A DNA stretch of 64,000 nucleotides from the NCBI GenBank assembly GCA_951406725.2, contig OX597841.1:62001-126000 (forward strand). Direction: 5' to 3'. The stretch comes from Octopus vulgaris. Lineage: Eukaryota. The notes beneath the pieces are model-generated. The model did no database searches and was not told the origin of the DNA. It worked only from the letters and a program-made list of their open reading frames with translations. Made by a program: the position numbers and the translations under genes. Below, piece by piece: positions 12,748 to 37,391 of this stretch. How positions within the stretch are numbered: position 1 is the first letter of the stretch; each line of letters begins with the position of its first letter.

Positions 12748-13335
12748 ACTGGCAGAAACGTTAGCACGCCGGGTGAAATGCTTAGCAGTATTTCGTTTGC
12801 TGCTACTTTCTGAGTTCAAATTCCGCCGCGGTCGACCTTACCTTTCATCATTTCGGGGTCGATTAAATAAGTATCAATTACGCACTGGGGTCGATATAAT
12901 CGACTTAATCCGTTTGTCTGTCCTTGTTTGTTCCGTCTGTGTTTAGTCCCTTGTGGGTAGTAAAGAAATAGGTATTTCGTCTGCGCTACGTTCTGAGTTC
13001 AAATTCCGCCGAGTCCCACTTTGTCTTTCATCCTTTCAGGGTCGATAAATTAAGTACCAGTTTCGCACTGGGGTCGATATTATCGACTTAATCCGTTTGT
13101 CTGTCCTTGTTTGTCCCCTCTGTGTTTAGCCCCTTGTGGGTAATAAAAAAATAGATATTTCGTCTGCGCTACTTTCTGAGTTCAAATTCCGCCGAGGTCG
13201 ACTTTACTTTTCATCCTTTCGGGGTCGATTAAATAAGTACCAGTAACGCAATGTGGTCGATATAATCGACTTAATCCGTTTGTCTGTCTTTGTTTGTCCC
13301 TTCTGTGTTTAACCCCTTGTGGGTAGTAAAGAAAG
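12748..13335 (+). mobile_element. Head-to-tail array (3 units) of tRNA-derived SINE type 2 (Meta-core-like)
   Basis: A-box TGGCAGAAACGTTAGC, B-box GAGTTCAAATTCC, CCTTTCATCCTTTCGGGGTCGAT core, tail TTTAGCCCCTTGTGGGTAGTAAAGAAATA. Confidence 0.8.
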
Positions 13336-13649
13336 AGGATATGGGGGAAGGCTTTCAGCAAATCAAAGAGATCAGAACAATGATACTAATTATACAAAGG
13401 AAAGTGAAACAATATCCGGCGTTTCCCCTAAACAGTCTTTCGGTTGGTCGCTCTAGCTTCATCAGTGGCGTGTTAAAGGGTGGTACTCTTCTGATTTCGT
13501 GACCGACGTTTCACTTTGATCTCTCAACAGTTTCCATTCTTGTGTTACAGAACAAACGTGGCAGCTCTACTGGAAGTGTGCACCAAGTGAAAATAGTGAT
13601 CAGTGAAACTGCTTCTCTAATCTGAATGTGTGTCAGGGGCTGAAATTCT

Positions 13650-14290
13650 TCGCAGGCTTTCAATACAATTAAGGAACAGCGCTCTACTGCGTAGAAGTAT
13701 TTACGAGAATAGCGAGAAGTTTTAAATGTCCGGACAAGCGTGAAATACGGGGAGTGATAAGGACACCCATTAACCGTCACCGGTGACGTGGAGATTCAAC
13801 AATCTACAGAAATGCTTCTGGCGAACCAACGATTGCCCATTAATGAGATGGCTTATTCTCTGCAAATTATTATGGTTCTGCATCCGCAACAAGCTTCGGT
13901 TCTGCGGAGTTAGTACGAGAAGGGCGCCAAGAGAGCTTTTCGATGTGAATAAGCGCAATCGTGTGGATCTTTGTCAATTCTAACTCGAACGCTTCAGCGA
14001 TGAAGCTAAAGTTGTTTTGAGGGAGAGTAGACACGATTGATGAAATCGGGGCCCATAACTTTGAGCCAGAATCCAAAAGGTTTAGTATGAAGCGGAAACG
14101 ACACGAATCACCAGTGGAAAAGAAATTCAAGATTCAACCTTCAGCAGAAAAATGTGATGCTAAGCGTTTTGGGGGATTCAAAAGGGTCTATATTGCAACA
14201 TTGTCCCTTAAAAGGGGTCTACAGTGAAATGTTTGTTAACAAAGGGAAACAAAACAATTCGTAACTAACGCCGATGTCTATTATTGTAAG
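13650..14290 (+). mobile_element. Degenerate mariner transposase in the inter-copy spacer (paralogous at ~20710-21345 -, 36435-37070 -, 46835-47470 +, 58015-58630 +)
   Basis: KEQRS...; RRAPRELFD (WVPHEL-like); TIDEIGAHNFEPESKRFSM (TGDETW..YEPE-like); KKFKIQPSAEK; KPAIRNKRR. Multiple stops and frameshifts. Confidence 0.8.
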
Positions 14291-14335
14291 ACAAAGCACG
14301 CCCATATTCAGCCACCCACACGTAGATAGTAGTTT

Positions 14336-14384
<49 letters not shown>

Positions 14385-14435
14385 TAGATAGATAGATAGT
14401 AGATAGATTGATAAAGCAATAGATAGATAGATAGG

Positions 14436-14467
<32 letters not shown>

Positions 14468-14474
14468 CTGATAT

Positions 14475-14560
<86 letters not shown>

Positions 14561-15751
14561 TACCTTATAATAAAGCACCGTTAATTCCTAAGATACATGT
14601 TAAAACATGCAGAGTGAAAATGGTGAGAACTTTTCGTGTTATGCTTCGATGTCTGTAACTGTTTGCGTGTTTATTATTCATGAAATGAAGAAAATTATCT
14701 ATTAACACATCAACTATCAATGGTTGAAATTAAGAGTGTACACAGCTCAGAACTAAGTTCTTGTTACATCATCCACGGTGATTGATTTCAATGATTTCCT
14801 ATAATGAAAGTCTTCGGTATAGCGACCTCAATTGTTCTGCTTTTATATCTCCACTCACAGAAACACCAACATCACATCACGCTATCACCAGGTATTAAAA
14901 CTACAACGTCACTATCACAAACAGCGCAACAGCCTTACTGCTAACATCGGAACGACGTCAGTAACCACACAGCCGTATTTTCTGCGAGCTTAGTGAAACG
15001 CATGTCTCTATTGAAGGCCCTTTTATTCTTCATAGCAATCAAAGGAGACATATTGGAAAATCTGGTTTATTTTCACTTCTGTGGAGAAACAGTCAAATTA
15101 GTAAACAGTCTTGAACTGAGTTGATGGTTCTGTGTTTTGCTCATTTATGGACAGTCTATACGGTTTGATTATTTATGGACAGGTCTAAGTCTGTAAATAA
15201 TACTGATAAGAGAAATTAGGAGAGAAAGCAGTGGCCAGTACTGACGGTTACGAAGTGTTCAGACATCTGAACACTTTTACCCCTCTAGCACAGAAAGTTC
15301 GATTTAACCCAAGCCTGGTCTGTGTGGCATGGAGGACAGGTTGTTACCCAAGCCGTGTGTCCCTGCTCTCTGCATCATTGATGGATCCAAAAGAACAGCA
15401 AGGAACGTTGCAGTCTCCTATCAGCGTCGTCGTAGGAGTTGCAAGAGTGAAGCATTGAACTGATTCAGGGTCGAATATAGCGGAACATAAAAATATCTAA
15501 ACCCAACACATACAAATAAATATAATTATGGTAAAGTGGCTGTGTGGTAAGTAGCTTGCTTACCAACCACATGCTTCCGGGTTCAGTCCTACTGCGTAGC
15601 ACCTTGGGCAAGTGTCTTCTACTATAGCCTCGGGCCGACCAAAGCCTTGTGAGTGGATTTGGTAGACGGAAACTGAAAGAAGCCCGTCGTATATATGTAT
15701 ATATATATATATATTTGTGAAGGTGTGTGTGTGTGTGTGTATGTGTATGTT

Positions 15752-15798
<47 letters not shown>

Positions 15799-16395
15799 AT
15801 GTGTGTGTGTGTGTATGTGTGTGTTAGTGTGTGTGTGTGTGTGTTTGTCGCCCAACATCCCTTGACAACCGTAACTTAGCGGTTCGGCAAAAGAACCCGA
15901 TCGAATAAGTACTACGCTTACAATAAATAAATCCTGGGTTCGATTTGCACAGTCAAATGACTGAAATAAGTAAAAGAGCACATTAAGTTGAAAATATATT
16001 TTCGTGTTTCCCACTTTGAAACACGCTTCTTGATGTGAAATCCAGGAAACTGAGCTGTTTGTCAAATTTAATTTAAAAGTGTGTTGTTAAAAATACGGAA
16101 ATATATTAGCAATAGAGAAATAACCTTTTTCAGCGGCGGTGGAATTGCTAGGAGGAATTACAACCGTGTTTCGTGGTCTGTTACCACAACAGCCCCTATG
16201 TAGGATCCAGTTATCTCAAGACATCATCAGGAGGAACCACGTTCGGTTTCGGCCCCTACTCCGCTACCGCCTTGACGTGGCGGAATGCCCCCGCCCTCTC
16301 GGGGATGTCTTCAGCTCTGGTGTTGTGTGCATGTCTTCTTTCTTCTGTTCCCTGGCCTCTTCGATGTTTCTTCAGCGAGTTTCAGCCGGTGACTG

Positions 16396-17978
16396 TGATT
16401 TTTTATTACGCACTAAGGGCTACATAGAGGGGACGCTACAAACATTGGGGACATAGAACATCACAATTACATAGTTATGGGTAAAATGAATCAATGAAAA
16501 TGATATATGAAAGTGGTGCTAACGGCCCCATCCGCTAGCATCACTTACCTGTACTTCAGTCTTGCTCAGCCCTAATAAAATATGTCTTCACCTCTATCCT
16601 TCTCTCAAATCTCTCTTCCAATTCTTTTATCTCTTCCTCCATATCCACTTCAATTATTCCCCAGTTCATCCTTTCGCACCTTTACATAAACTCATCCAAT
16701 TGTTCCTTTGGAATTACTGCACATCTTTTCCCTCCCCCATCACACCATTGGTAGTCCGTCATTGTCTCTTTTATCTCCTCATTTCCTGCAATACATAAAA
16801 CGTTGGGCCTGGGTTCTTTTTTAGTGTCTTGACTGTGTGTATCTTTTTTCTGTTTTCTTGTTGGTGGGGAGTGGGTGGGTTCACTGTCTGCAGGGGAAGG
16901 GTGGGACTCAGAGGGTGAGGGTGGTTTTGGGGTGGATTGGGGTTCCGTACTGTTTGCTTTTCTCCTTCTTCACTTTCTTCTTTTGCTTCCTTCTTCCCAC
17001 TCTTGCTGGATCTCCTCTTCTTCTGTCTGGTTCTCTTCTTCTTTCGTTTCTTCCTCTTTTTGGGGTTCCGCAACGATTTCCTTTTCCTTTGGTGGGGGAG
17101 GGCAGTTGGCTCTTATGTGGCCTCTCTGACCACACTTATAACAGCGCGGGGCCCTGCCCTCCACCCACACTCTCATGATGATGTTTCCCATTCTTATATC
17201 TTCTGTTAATCCTTCTAGCGTTTTGATCTCCGCCTGTACGTTCATGTCCAGGGTAGCACCCCTCCAGCCTTCATATTTTATGGTGGCATGGAGGATGTCT
17301 ACCTTTTCTTCATTTCCTTTAATCACAGCTGCTGCAATATATTCTCCCTCTAGGTGTGGGATAATTCCCTCCACCCTAATTCTCGTAGTTCTCCTGTTTA
17401 GGTACGAAAGGTAGTAGCTACACCTTCTCCGTTCTTACTGCCTTGGCTGCCATTTTTCTTGCGACACTCTCGCTCCTATATTGCACCGTCACTGTACCGT
17501 ATTCCATTCCTCTTGTCAAATAAACAATTTCCCTCTCTGTCTGTTTAAGCGCCTCTTCAATAATTTCCATGCTTACTATCTTACATTCTATATTTGAGGG
17601 TCCTGCGTTCGAACCACTCCCCACGCTTTGTTGGTGGTGACAGTTCGACTTCACCGTCTTCGTCTTTCATAAATTCCTGGAAACCTGGCAGTTTAACCAG
17701 GTCTATCCCCTTTTCTTCCGACTTCTTCTTCGTTACTCCTGCATACGTATTTTCAAGCTTCTTATCCATTCTTTTCACTGCTCTTTCTAGTTCCTCCTCA
17801 GACGTTGACAATTCCGACAAGCTTTCAAACAAATTTTAAACTGCCATCTCTCCCGTTAGGGAGGGGCAGTCCCTTTACTCCCTGTCTGTCTCAACACAGA
17901 CAGACAACGACCAAAACACCTCAAACCGAAACGTTCAACAACAACAAATTCGACTCTCAACGAAAACACTCCAAACCG
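16396..17978 (-). mobile_element. ~1.6-kb non-autonomous LINE (L1/Tx1-like): disrupted ORF1 with CCHC knuckle, no RT, 17-bp target-site duplication
   Basis: CYKCGQRGHIRANC in ORF 17374-16970, with upstream ORF1 pieces at 17418-17832. AATAAAAAA 3' end. Flanking direct repeats at 16379-16395 and 17979-17995. The site is empty in copies A, B and E. Confidence 0.8.
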
Positions 17979-18612
17979 GTGTCAGCCGTTGACTGACAGA
18001 CTTGTCAAAATTCTCCCTTTAAATACCTGACCCCGAGGCTCCAGCAGGAAACAGCAGAAAGTTGTCACGTGACACTGTCTCACCTTAACTGACTAGTGAA
18101 TGTGCGTAGTTTTAGCCCGCGCATTCTCTAAACGACCGTCACCTGTCAGTCAGCGAAGCTGATTCAGTGTCAGCTCGTCTCACCAAGTGATGTTATTTCC
18201 CGCCGGCATGTTATGACTTTCAAGACATTTTCGGTCTTCCCGCTGTACGTATTCCTGTTTCTTTCAAAACTTCAATATGAAGTAGTCATTGACATCCGCA
18301 TGCGCAGGCCTATTTAGCCTCGGTATAGAAAAACAGTGATTAACAAATCACCACCGTTTCTGTTAGTCAAGAGGCAGGATGTATTTCATTAGTACGGACG
18401 GAAGCAGTATTAGTTCAAATTTGCATTCTGTATGTTATAATAAATGAAGATATAATGTTGAAAGCCTAGAGATGCGTTGTTCATCCCCAGAAAGTGTCGC
18501 GTCGAAATGTATAGTGTTAAAATTTATCTCTAGCGTACGTAAAGTGACTTTTTTTAACACTATATGTCTCTACATAACAAAATAAAAGATGATGAAATAT
18601 ATATTTGCATAC

Positions 18613-18776
18613 CGATATCCCTCAATTGAGAATTGAACTCCTGTGGCTGAAGCTAGGTCGTTCCACGGCGAATTTTTCAACTTTTCGTGAGAGAACCAGC
18701 TTTGAAGGTTTGTATTTCGTCCATCAAATATTATAGTTACCACATCTGTTTGGTTTTTATAAATCACCAGTTTCAC
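18613..18776 (-). pseudogene. Orphan exon 3 of the family (5' part of split copy D)
   Basis: [13 protein letters not shown]...FSIEGY with intact AG/GT. It is flanked by the intron-2 tail and most of intron 3, with no exon 1/2 upstream and no exon 4 downstream on this strand. Confidence 0.85.
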
Positions 18777-19266
18777 CTGTAAAATAAATGAGCATGTAGC
18801 ACACACCTACACACACACACGCTTACAACCACACACGCACGCACATACACACATAATAAAAATAAATGGATCAAGTTAAATAGATCGAGGTAATTCAATA
18901 TGTATTTCCTTCACTGTTAGCTTAATGTCCACTCTCATTTTTACTTCATAATTCTCTTGACCGAAATTAATCTGTTTAACATGCGAAATTAATGACTTTG
19001 ATTGGTCACTCGCTCAATACGTATGTTTTTTTTTCTTGCCTTTAACCCTCCAACGCGGAGTATAGGCCACTTGTAGTTGAATTCCATGTCGCATCATTTT
19101 TCACTTCTGTACTTATACTCTGCCATGAATGTCCCCCTTTCTCTAGTTCCTTCTCTTGATCTACGCCATGAGTTCTTAGGCCTACCATACTTTCTATATC
19201 CATCCGGATTACACTGTAAAGCACTTTTCGCTATATTTGGTGTCTGTCTGTATGTATGTAAGTACA

Positions 19267-19300
<34 letters not shown>

Positions 19301-19370
19301 AATATATATATGTATATATACACACACATACGTACATACATATATATATATATATATACATACATATATA

Positions 19371-19421
<51 letters not shown>

Positions 19422-19462
19422 CTGTGAGAGAGAAGAAGGGGAGGGAAACAGTGTGTGTGTGT

Positions 19463-19497
<35 letters not shown>

Positions 19498-20567
19498 TTT
19501 ACTCGATACAACAATTGGAAGAGCGCAAGATTGGCGTTTGCACGCAGAATCACCCTTATTTCAACTGTTGTCACAGACACACACACTTTAATATTAACTG
19601 CAACATATCCTAGCCATAACACATACCCGAACACATAAAATGCAATGTGATAGAAAGCACACTTACTTTCAGTGAGGTAGGGCGGAGAGCGTATACTTCA
19701 GGTGGTTCTGTAAGGACTTCTTGTAAGGAAGGTTCGTGAATGTCACACCTTTATCACTGTTTCCCTTACTGTCTTCTCCCGTCAATATTACCCTCTATTA
19801 CCCACAGTTGTGTCTTCAGATGTCTGAACACTTCGTAACCGTCAGTACTGGCCACTGCTTTCTCTCCTAATTTCTCTTATCAGTATTACTTACAGACTTA
19901 GGCCTGTCCATAAATAATCAACCCGTATAGACTGTCCATAAATGAGCAAAACGCAGAACCATCAACTCAGTTCAAGACTGTTTACTAATTTGACTCTTTC
20001 TCCACAGAAGTAAAAATAAACCAGATTTTCCAATATGTCTCCTTTGATTGCTATGAAGAATAAAAGGGCCTTCAATAGAGACATGCGTTTCACTAAGCTC
20101 GCAGAAAATACGGCGGTGTGGTTACTGACGTCGTTCCGATGTTAGCAGTAAGGCTGTTGCGCTGTTTGTGATAGTGACGTTGTAGTTTTAATACCTGGTG
20201 ATAGCGTGATGTGATGTTGGTGTTTCTGTGAGTGGAGATATAAAAGCAGAACAATTGAGGTCGCTATACCGAAGACTTTCATTATAGGAAATCATTGAAA
20301 TCAATCACCGTGGATGATGTAACAAGAACCTAGTCCTGACCTGTGTACACTCTTAATTTCAACCATTGATAGTTGATGTGTTAATAGAAAATTTTCTTCA
20401 TTTCATGACAAATAAACACGCAAACAGTTACAGACATCGAAGCATATTTCTCACAGTTTCAACAGTTCTCACCAGTTTCACTCTGCATGTTTTTACATGT
20501 ATCTTAGAAATTAACGGTGCTTTATTATAAGGTAATCTAACTATCTCTCTATCTATTGCTTTATCAA

Positions 20568-20669
<102 letters not shown>

Positions 20670-21654
20670 AATCTATGTGTGGGTGGCTGATTATGGGCGT
20701 GATTTGTCTTACAATAATAGACATCGGCGTTTGTTACGAATTGCTGGTTTCCCTTTGTTAACCAACATTTCACTGTAGACCCCTTTTAAGGGACAATGTT
20801 GCAATATAGACCCTTTTGCATCCCCAAAACGCTTACCATCACGTTTTTCTGCCGAAGGTTGAATCTTGAATTTCTTTTCCACTGGTGATTCGTGTCGTTT
20901 CCGCTTCATACTAAATCTTTTGGATTCTGGCTCAAAGTGATGGGCCCCGATTTCATCAATCGTGTCTACGCTCCCTCAAAACAACTTTAGTTTCATCGCT
21001 GAAGCGTTCGATTTAGAATTGACAAAAATCCACACGATTGCGCTTATTCACATCGAAAAGCTCTCTTGGCGCCCTTCTCACACTAACTCCGCAGAACCGA
21101 AGCTTGTCGTGGATGCAGAACCATAATAATTTGCAGAGAATAAGCCATCTCATCAATGGGCAATCGTTGGTTCGCCAGAAGCATTTCTGTAAATTGTTGA
21201 ATCTCCACGTCACCGGTGACGGTTAATGGGTGTCCTTATCACTCCTCGTATTTCACGCTTGTCCGGCCATTTAAAACTTATCGCTCTTCTCGTAAATACT
21301 TCTACGCAGTAGAGCGCTGTTCCTTAATTGTATTGAAAGCCTGCGAAGAATTGCAGCCCCTGACACATATTCAGATTAGAGAAGCAGTGTCACTGATCCC
21401 TATTTTCCCTTGGTGCACACTTCCAGGAGAGCTGCCACGTTTGTTCTGTAACACAAGAATGGAAACTGGAGAGAGATCAAAGTGAAACGTCGGTCACGAA
21501 ATCAGAAGCGTACCACACTTTAACACGCCACTGATGAAGCTAGAGCGACCAACCGAAAGACTGTTTCGGCGAAACGCCGGATATTTTTTCACTTTCCTTT
21601 ATATCATTGTTCTGATCTATTTGATTTGCTGAAAGCTTTCCCCCACATCCTCTT

Positions 21655-22240
21655 TCTTTACTACCCACAAGGGGTTAAACACAGAAGGGACAAACAAGGA
21701 CATACAAACGGATTAAGTCGGTTATATCGACCCCAGTGCGTAATTGATACTTATTTAATCGACCCCGAACGGATGAAAGGTAAAGTCGACCTCGGCGGAA
21801 TTTGAACTCAGGAAGTAGCGCAGACGAAATATCTATTTTTTTATTCCCCACAAGGAGATAAACACAGAAGGGACAAACAAGGACAGACAAACGGATTAAG
21901 TCGATCATATCGACCCCAGTGCGTAACTGGTACTTAATTTATCGACCCTGAAAGGATGAAAGGCAAAGTGGGCCTCGGCGGAATTTGAACCCAGAACGTA
22001 GCAGCAGACGAAATACCTACTTCTTCACTACCCGCAAGGGGCTAAACACAGAGGAGACAAACAAGGACAGACAAACGGATTAAGTCGGTTATATCGACCC
22101 CAGTGCGTAATTGATACTTATTTAATCGACCCCGAAAGGATGAAAGGTAAAGTCGACCTCTGCGGAATTTGAACTCAGAACGTAGCGGTAGACGAAATAC
22201 TGCTAAGCATTTCGCTCGGCGTGCTAACGTTTCTGCCAGC
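21655..22240 (-). mobile_element. SINE type 2 tandem array (3 units)
   Basis: Reverse complement of 12748-13335. Confidence 0.8.
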
Positions 22241-22732
22241 TTTCCCCAACATCTCAGAGATAAAACCGCAGATATCTACACACACGCACAACGCATGCAC
22301 GTACGCATGGGCGCGCATGCACGTATATACGTGCACTTTGGCACGCACACATACACACACATCTCTTTTACATATAGTCAGGACAGTCGTGAACTGGAAC
22401 AACAACAACAGCTCTCAGAAAGAGAGAAAGAGAATCACAACTCAAAAGACCGATGTTGGGTACAATATTTAAATGGATTCTTTATTAACAGGTAAAACGT
22501 GACTTGTGTGGATCACCAGTGGAGGTCAGCTGGATTGGGTGAATGTGAACAACAACAACAGCTGGAATGAGAGAAAGAGAATCACAACTTCAAAGACCGA
22601 TGTTGGATAGAATATTTGTATGGATTCTTTATTAAAAGGTAAAACGTGACTTATGTGGATCACCAGTGGTGGTCAACTGGATTGGATGGACGTTAACAAC
22701 ATCAATAGTATCAATGGATATCATGTGCTGGG

Positions 22733-33417
<10,685 letters not shown>

Positions 33418-33474
33418 CTTGACTCTAGAATCAGAAGAGGACTATACATATAAATATTTGTGTACGCATGTGCA

Positions 33475-33575
<101 letters not shown>

Positions 33576-35044
33576 GAAGATGAGGGAGAAAATTTAGAGA
33601 GAGATGAGAGGAAGACAGAATTCAAAAGTGGGAGAGGTAAAGAGAAAGAGACTGCAGAGAAATTGATAGAGAGATAGAAATAGGGAGAAATCGATCCTGG
33701 TATAAGGAGACAGAGAATGGGATAAGGGGACAGATGTAAAAAGAAAGATTAACAGATAAAAGAGAGTGAGAGTCATCGGAGAGAGAGTGAGAAACATAGA
33801 AAGCAGTAGAGGAGAGGAGAGCATAGAGAGGGGAAGAGAATAGGCTCTCTCTCTCTCTCACACACACACTCACACGCCCAAATGTAATCTTACCTTTGTT
33901 GTGGGTAGATGGGTTGATTTTGCTATTCCTGGGCAACGAGAGACGTTGTCAGGTCTGTCCACTATGACCGTCCAGTAATGTCCTCTCCTCGGATGATCGT
34001 CCACTTATGAATAATGCCACAAAATATGAAGGATGTCCACAAATTCCGCTTTCAGAATTACCACAGATGTCACCACTGTCTCTTGATGTCAAGTCAGGAC
34101 CCCTACGAATGCCAATATTGTTCACTGCATTCAAATGTTACAGAGGCCGACTTATCCTTTTTTCCTTCCAGGCTCAGTAAAACAAGTAGTAGCTGAGCAG
34201 TGGGGTTCATATGATCAACTAGCCCTTTCCTACAAAATTTCAGACCTTGTGTTTATAGTAGAAGGAATATTATCTTCTGCTTCCAGAATTACCACGCAGG
34301 TAGGCACTGTCTCCAGATATCAATCCAGAGTTCCTACAAATGACAATATCACCACTGTCTCTACAAGGGAAACCGGAGCGAAAGGTTTCGAACTGTTCAC
34401 TGATAGCAGCACTGCTCGCTTCTGTCACCAGTATCAGCAGATACGACAACTCTGTACAATGGTCAATAACATACACAGTGAGAGCAACATTTGTCATTAA
34501 TAATATTATGACTTCACCCACACGGAACTAAACTAGTGTCTCACAGGAATACGAACAGTCACACTTCACTGAGCACATTAGATACCTAAATGCACATTCG
34601 ATGGGGTGTGTTCGATATTCTTGTTGGTCGTGTCAGTGGTGTTGGTGCGTTTGACGTGACGCATATATATGTAATCTGTTTAACATGCGAAATTAATGAC
34701 TTTGATTGCTCACTCGCTCCATACGTATCTTTTTTTTTCCTGCCTTACATCCTCTAATGCGGAGTAAATGCCACTTATAATTGAATTCCATGTCGCATAA
34801 TTTTTCACTTCTGTACTTATATTCTGCCATGAATGTCCCCCTTTCTCTAGTTCCTTCTGTGTTGATCTACGCCATGAGATCTTAGGCCTACCTTTCTTTC
34901 TATATCCATCCGGATTACACTGTAAACCACTTTTCACTACATTTGGTGTTTGTCTGTATGTATGTATATACATACATACATATATACATACAAACATATA
35001 TATATATATATATACACACACATACATACATACATATATATATA

Positions 35045-35099
<55 letters not shown>

Positions 35100-36223
35100 C
35101 TAGTTAGCTAGCTGTGAGAGAGAAGAGGGGGAGGGAAACAGTGTGTGTGTAAGAGAGAGAGAGAGAGAGGGAGAGAGAGAGAGAGAGAGAGCGCGATTAC
35201 TCGATACAACAATTGAAAAAGCGAAAGATTGGCGTTTGCACGCAGAATCACCCTTATTTCAACTGTTGTCACACACCCACACATTCTAATCTTAACTGCA
35301 ATATATCCTAGCCATAACACGTACCCGAACACACAAAATGCGATGTGATAGAAAACACACTTACTTTCAGTGAGGTAGGGTGGAGAGCGTACACTTCAGG
35401 TGGTTCTGTAAGGACTTCTTGTAAAGATGGTTCGTGAATGTCACACCTTTATCACTGTTTCCCTTACTGTCTTCTCCCGTCAATATTACCCTCTATTACC
35501 CACAGTTGTGTCTTCAGATGTCTGAACACTTCGTAACTGTCAGTACTGGCCACTGATATCTCTCCTAATTTCTCTTATCAGTATTATTTACAGACTTAGA
35601 CCTGCCCATAAATAATCAAACCGTATAGACTGTCCATAAATGAGCAAAAGACAGAACCATCAACTCAGTTCAAGACTGTTTACTAATTTGACTGTTTCTC
35701 CACAGAAGTAAAAATAAACCAGATTTTCCAATATGTCTCCTTTGATTGCTATGAAGAATAAAAGGGCCTTCAATAGAGACATGCGTTTCACTAAGCTCGC
35801 AGAAAATACGGCGGTGTGGTTACTGACGTCGTTCCGATGTTAGCAGTAAGGCTGTTGCGGTGTTTGTGATAGTGACGTTGTAGTTTTAATACCTGGTGAT
35901 AGCGTGATGTGATGTTGGTGTTTCTGTGAGTGGAGATATAAAAGCAGAACAATTGAGGTCGCTATACCGAAGACTTTCATTATAGGAAATCATTGAAATC
36001 AATCACCGTGGATGATGGAACAAGAACCTGGTCCTGACCTGTGTACACTCTTAATTTCAACCATTGATAGTTGATGTGTTAATAGATAATTTTCTTCATT
36101 TCATGACAAATAAACACGCAAACAGTTACATACATCGAAGCATAACACGAACAGTTCTCAACAGTTTCACTCTGCATGTTTTTACATGTATCTTAGGAAT
36201 TAACGGTGCTTTATTATAAGGTA

Positions 36224-36320
<97 letters not shown>

Positions 36321-37391
36321 CCTATCTATCTATATATCTATCTATCTATTGATTTATCAATCTATCTACTATCTATCTATCTATCTATCTATCTACTATC
36401 TAAGTCTGGGTGGCTGAATATGGGCGTGCATTGTCTTACAATAATAGACATCGGCGTTTGTTACGAATTGCTGGTTTCCCTTTGTTAACCAACATTACAC
36501 TGTAGACCCCTTTTAAGGGACAATGTTGCAATAAAGAACCTTTTGCATCCCCCAAAACGCTTAGCATTACATTTTTCTGCTGAAGGTTGAATCTTGAATT
36601 TCTTTTCCACTGGTGATTCGTTTCGTTTCCGCTTCATACTAAACCTTTTCGATTCTAGCTCAAAGTGATGGGCCCCGATTTCATCAATCGTGTCTACGCT
36701 CCCTGAAACAACTTTAGTTTCATCACTGAAGCGTTCGAGTTAGAATTGACAAAAATCCACACGATTGCGCTTATTCACATCGAAAAGCTCTCTTGGCGCC
36801 CTTCTCGTACTAACTCCGCAGAACCGAAGCTTGTCGCGGATGCCGAACCATAATAATTTGCAGAGAATAAGCCATCTCATCAATGGGAAATCGTTGTTTC
36901 GCCAGAAGCATTTCTGTAAATTGTTGAATCTCCACGTCACCGGTGACGGTTAATGGGTGTCCTTATCACTCCTCGTATTTCACGCTTGTCCGGACATTTA
37001 AAACTTCACGCTCTTCTCGTAAATACTTCTACGCAGTAGAGCGATGTTCCTTAATTGTATTGAAAGCCTGCAAAGAATTGCAGCCGCTGACACACATTAA
37101 GATTAGAGAAGCAATTTCACTGATCCATATTTTACCTTGATGCACACTTCCAGTAGAGCTGCCACGTTTGTTCTGTAACACAAGAATGGAAGCTGGAGAG
37201 AGATCAACGTGAAACGTCGGTCACGAAATCAGAAGAGTACCACCCTTTAACACGCCACTGATGAAACTAGAGCGACTAACCGAAAGACTATTTCGGCGAA
37301 ACGCCGGATATTGTTTCACTTTCCTTTGTATAATTAGTATCATTGTTCTGATCTATTTGATTTGCTGAAAGCTTTCCCCCACATCCTCTTT

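Noticed and set aside
12748-12830. tRNA-like A/B boxes
   Set aside because: They are SINE heads with no complete cloverleaf, so they are not tRNA genes.
21525-21585. CTGATGA...GAAAC motif in every spacer
   Set aside because: I could not draw a convincing stem II closure, stem III or NUH site; at most a decayed Penelope-type relic.
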